Below are positions 61,801 through 64,000 of a DNA stretch of 64,000 nt, in pieces. The notes beneath the pieces were generated by a model. That model was not told where the DNA came from and did no database searches. It saw only the letters and a program-made list of their open reading frames with translations. Both the position numbers and the translations under genes were made by a program. The stretch is from Monocercomonoides exilis PA203 (taxonomy: Eukaryota; Protista; Preaxostyla). The DNA lies in contig LSRY02000020.1 in assembly GCA_001643675.2 (NCBI GenBank), positions 124,001-188,000 of the forward strand. Direction: 5' to 3'. How positions within the stretch are numbered: position 1 is the first letter of the stretch; each line of letters opens with the position of its first letter.

Positions 61801-64000
61801 GACGAGGCAGAAGGATCTGGTGAAGAAAAAGATGTTGATAATGACGAGGATGACGATGAAAATGATGATGTTGATTGTGATGATTGTGAAAGTGAGCCTT
61901 GTGGTTGGGAAATGCCGCTGGAGGCGATGGTGGTGGTAGTTGTTCCATTTCCTGTGATTTTTGTATTGGGGGCACGAAATGAGAGAGTTTGTGTGGGAGT
62001 GAAGGTTGAGGTGAGGAGTGTGAGGGAGGCATCATCGAAGGGAGCAACGCATCCGAGAGCATACTCCACCGTGGCACATGGGCTTTGCTGTGTTTTGCCA
62101 CAGGCATCGACATCAGTTCCGCCATTTGCAACGATTTTGTTTTGGTTGATGATGGGAAGCCAGCTGTTGTACTCAACATTATCTGCTTCTCCTGCATTCC
62201 ACACTCTTTTTGCCGCAGTTGTTGATCCACATTGACTGAATGGAGATTGGGTGATACTGCTGCCATTGAAAAACACGTCATTCCCCCTTCCATTTGTTGC
62301 AGTGTTGCCATCGAAGAAACAAAATGTGATGAGTTTTATTCCATTCATCCAAGTGAATGTGTTAGTTAGGCAAAGCCCAGCTCCTCCGCGTGTAGAAGAT
62401 GCACTAGTCAATTTATTATTTATGAACTGACAATCATTGATTGAAAATTGGCTTGGTTTGTTTTCTGGAGGAGTATTGAATGCGACTGCACCAGCCGCAT
62501 TTCCACCAGTATTTGCGATACACTTGCATTTGGATAACAGAAATTGAAAATTTGCATAATCATTTCCGAGACCAAAATACCAACCAGTTCCGCACCAGTC
62601 TGTTATTGAACAACTTTCCACACTGTTTTCAGAGAATGTCCAAACAGAGTTTGTTTGCGGATAAGCTATGCAAGTTGCTCCTCCATGAGGAGCAGAACAA
62701 TTCAAGAAATTGGATTTTTCAATGTTGATATTTAACAAATATATGCAGTATATCGCTCCACCACCGCATCCATTTAATGTAGTTGAACAATTGTGAAATG
62801 AACAAGAAGCGATTTCGAGATTTGCATTTGTGCAGTTGACTTTCAGAGCACCTCCGTGATCACTTCCGCTATTTGAGTCATTCCATTCGCACCATTCAAA
62901 GAGATAGCTATTCAAATCAGTAAACGACAATCCTTTTAATTCCTTTCTTTGAGATTCGGATCCGTTATATTTAATTAGATCATTTGGTGAAGATCGAGTT
63001 TGGTGGAGGAAAGAGGCATTGAAGGCAGAGAGGGAAGTGGATGGACTGTTGATTTTTGGGAGGATGACACCATCGATGGGGTTGTGGGTGTGGATGAAGA
63101 TGGTTGAGTGGACGGAGAGAGATGAGTGAAGAGAGAAAGAGGGGATTGCATTAGCGTTGATGTTTGTGGAAATGGAAGAAGAGGAAGAGATAGTTGAGAT
63201 GAAAGGATTGAGTGAGTGTGAGGAAAATAGTGAAGGTGTAAAATGCGGTAGGTGAGATGAGATGTTTGAGAAGAGGTTGTTTGAGAGATGGAGATTGAGG
63301 TGGATTTGGAGGTGGGGATGGGATTGGTGATGCATATGGAGAGGTGAAGAGGAAGAAAAAGAAGATGATGAGAATGATGATGAGGAAGATGAAGGAGAAG
63401 GGGAAATGGAAGGAGTTGGAGAAGGGGAAATGGAAGAGAGGGAAGAAGGAGAAAAAAGGAAGGGCTGGATAAGGGAGACGAAAGAGGAGAATGAGGAATG
63501 GGAGATGGAGAATGAGGCAGGGACTGGGGAATGGGCATGTGGGAGGAGATTGTTTGGGGTGGAGAAGAGGGGGAAGGAGAGGATGGCAGGTTGGTGGGTG
63601 GTGAGGGAGAAGTTTGTGAGGGAGAGGGAGGCATGAGCAGAGAGGAAAAGTGGAGATTTTGTTGCTGGGTGGATTTTGCAAACGGAGGAGAAGATGGCAG
63701 CAGCTGAGTGGTGTTGGGCAGTGAGGAGTGGACAACCGCCGAGAGGGATGATGTTGAGGTGTGTCACACACAAGGTGGTGTTGCTGATATTTAGACTTGT
63801 TCGAGCACAACTGACACGATCGCCTGATGAGAAATTAGTTGTTGATAGATAAATGCCCGGATTATTGTAGTATTTATGGCTGCTTGTTTCAATGATGATC
63901 GTGCTCTCTGGCATCTCAATATTCATTTCTTGTTGATTTTGTTTTTCAGCAATGTCTTTACCATTGTTACAATTTACAACAACAAATATCAGAACAACAA
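55896..64000 (-). CDS. Giant single-pass receptor-like protein: Cys-Gly/GGA beta-helix-like ectodomain repeats, TM helix, degenerate TK/TKL-like domain (5' end beyond the window)
   Basis: The frame is open to 63998 (VVLIFVVVNC, resembling a signal-peptide end). It has four CGxxxx(x)PC modules with GGA and FxxNxAxxGxD motifs, the TM segment WLLIVIIMAVVLLIVLIVSVILAV-RWRK, and C-lobe motifs MRWKAPE, VFSIGMMLWECLTLDIPF and RPTL. Confidence 0.8.
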   Translation of the reverse strand, partial: VVLIFVVVNCNNGKDIAEKQNQQEMNIEMPESTIIIETSSHKYYNNPGIYLSTTNFSSGDRVSCARTSLNISNTTLCVTHLNIIPLGGCPLLTAQHHSAAAIFSSVCKIHPATKSPLFLSAHASLSLTNFSLTTHQPAILSFPLFSTPNNLLPHAHSPVPASFSISHSSFSSFVSLIQPFLFSPSSLSSISPSPTPSISPSPSSSSSSFSSSSFSSSSPLHMHHQSHPHLQIHLNLHLSNNLFSNISSHLPHFTPSLFSSHSLNPFISTISSSSSISTNINANAIPSFSLHSSLSVHSTIFIHTHNPIDGVILPKINSPSTSLSAFNASFLHQTRSSPNDLIKYNGSESQRKELKGLSFTDLNSYLFEWCEWNDSNSGSDHGGALKVNCTNANLEIASCSFHNCSTTLNGCGGGAIYCIYLLNINIEKSNFLNCSAPHGGATCIAYPQTNSVWTFSENSVESCSITDWCGTGWYFGLGNDYANFQFLLSKCKCIANTGGNAAGAVAFNTPPENKPSQFSINDCQFINNKLTSASSTRGGAGLCLTNTFTWMNGIKLITFCFFDGNTATNGRGNDVFFNGSSITQSPFSQCGSTTAAKRVWNAGEADNVEYNSWLPIINQNKIVANGGTDVDACGKTQQSPCATVEYALGCVAPFDDASLTLLTSTFTPTQTLSFRAPNTKITGNGTTTTTIASSGISQPQGSLSQSSQSTSSFSSSSSSLSTSFSSPDPSASSALFQQTQGSLTVSSLTITHNSTNQITPILFHLSQNSHSLKLNTTTITGTTPSSSSITTPLFFITAGSLALNHTAITKLTLNSQSIFHLTSLTAPLTLNSSNITHITSTATPASCVLSSATSPALSLSLANCTITSINSAPQHQQTATNGGCISFASSVSANSFSVRDTYFSTCCVSEDTSSGGRGGALMIEFKDDSEVSESSFSITNILFSDNKASVGRDMYFVCESLIASVKEPLFAFMTNITQKDNSVVGHDRTEAFGDWDVDLFIFLDGYFADKVYVDGASGVEEQYCGLEKVPCLNVNYGMERLKRTLNVKEEISVISNSFLTGCVDVGGMCIKANTEVVMEIECQREVSGSEEECILKSASLTEMKFIGIVIPSSFSRTISAVIESSSTNGELHMKNCEMSVIGGKQSTIEFFLIKSTGKMVELEFFTISDVKSTVSFFSLSLLPTNANEQEYKVKLLNCTSKECSLEDCSFAKSQLMISSSVLLENCNFSNIKNTGSGEGGVAKVTLQGNEELAMKSTNASSCSLSSSNGKGGFLYLDCQNCLNKNPFIFDVGVTFENNKAAIGKNMFILGKDFNSSVTNDSFKFDYSSMKDDETLFKGSDDFHQVKDLFMFLIPFSSIEIFISSEGYDVARCGSEEEPCKTMWKGMENMKKDIGRKTIQIEGSTIIRDSFNMSNYQIKKASSMGEENVKAILNYEKSVGSQMEYFMENYNHLELTNIQLQLTSGFDNSAKTIISNRKGELVISGCSFHSEAGMNNGFDCVFVDAIGGSVEVNDLSMESCNVGNSIFVIHDAGVSVHLVNVRVDSLNESKGCILSIKKSEPGLKINEGGDEGINMEIEKSSFSGVKRSDNGASILESKSENTICLVVNASNITEDKAEESEKGGAISFTLGASGSMKMIDSTISQCSCSSTGRGGGVYLATKETGFLNFTFLRMKFSANTASVGNDIFIECYNITSQINESQFQFDLRENHYSRINAIYGIDNCENKDDTDLIDFVTIHQSDTIVVSSVNGSNDKQCGTNILPCDSINHGIMHLTSDFISQMFIVYESVIEEEINLEEMSLSSRNREMCEVEVKSNIGKTRETLITTRETVSLVRVNFVFDSYFISSHESLISPEGGILEIVNCSFESKQLMEEENTDFASISLHLVNMVKGELQLDGCSISNLILQESALYLSSQLPSVIYLLTISNSTIKTSLIDIYECGQLTIKDFNTENISVERGEESLISCLSMKKTMQLANCTIGGVSSKTAKGKLMKLEDCLDVKMDSCIFDGSSKERNEQYLNEKEEMCRWDGSLVDVVKSSVMMKDITITNSPDGGITMSGGELTVSDGRFENNNPSIEGYLSLRRNIICSDSGTLNVMSLKGGDGLKDNTSLWILNDGCALGGIAGERSSPFFIPKLEEVSVNENGSKVVVKFKGGLFLPCDLSFRLVYKTGDVELFETYQFEEDGFVSETEVLGTISSENISTIADETEVSVMILFGKHLASTSPQILKNKTESKTGDDNVVEGGKEEKSYWLLIVIIMAVVLLIVLIVSVILAVRWRKSKRRTEELEEIVNDTVKKDPKAFEMVTMEMSPEEQWKRAEKEAEKKNEERAKKRIYETNMEHSESSEHLLSESGSTEYILGKDSDKIPEWALEKVEEEEETRKRTSSPSVSSTSTTDTSDTDTTFVRGEDLCPTTSSMSNLVDAMACSVPHEKLIVDLRDSLFMLLHGRNEKKEMAIGTLEEREQTAAQILFWVANLALHSFDEMENPLSSLTNLSPLIVLFSEHMVICVAMHSDFSSDSDSSSISSASTIITSSSDCSVVNNYNRNSPPSSAFEDEEDNRTECMRWKAPELMNGTKKQATKKTVVFSIGMMLWECLTLDIPFGEYEAVIAGEKIKNGERPFIEKVEQTSYFGCIRSCFEGKGCLRPTLIDLKREFIRHFPADAVILTASDAIDFDCSARFCGECKSESVESEGSGSTSFL

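Noticed and set aside
55896-63926. ATG 63926 as the start of the receptor gene
   Set aside because: The frame stays open to the window edge and encodes a hydrophobic signal-peptide-like stretch, so the true start is probably outside the window.
1-64000. tRNA, rRNA, snRNA genes, CRISPR arrays, telomeric repeats
   Set aside because: None were recognisable by eye. The tandem repeats seen are simple microsatellites without spacers. A covariance-model scan would be needed to exclude small RNAs.

Overview
Eukaryotic, gene-dense genomic DNA with AT-rich intergenic regions, short GT-AG introns (mostly GTTTG/GTATG donors), the standard genetic code and pervasive poly-Ser insertions in proteins. The style is most consistent with an anaerobic metamonad such as the oxymonad Monocercomonoides; this is inference, not proven. 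Left to right: partial metallophosphoesterase (-), ATG9 (+), a La-motif/FKBP/TPR fusion whose La motif is hidden in spliced 5' exons missed by the ORF track (-), a PGP-repeat (SHIPPO/STPG-like) protein (+), a ZNF830-like protein (-), Nup160 (-), a METTL21-family methyltransferase (+), a ~4900-aa ankyrin+PH protein (-), a bacterial/phage-type class II (B12-dependent) ribonucleotide reductase with a probable spliceosomal intron (+), an ARM-like hypothetical (-), and a Vps3/TGFBRAP1/Vps39-family gene (+). A ~6 kb decayed region follows, with two Merlin/IS1595-like transposase pseudogenes, one interrupted by a 258-bp MITE. The window ends in a 5'-truncated giant single-pass receptor with Cys-Gly/GGA repeats and a degenerate kinase-like tail (-). 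Best novelty candidate: the La-FKBP-TPR protein, which looks like an RNA-3'-end-binding Hsp90 co-chaperone. All gene models were spliced by eye and no database searches were run.
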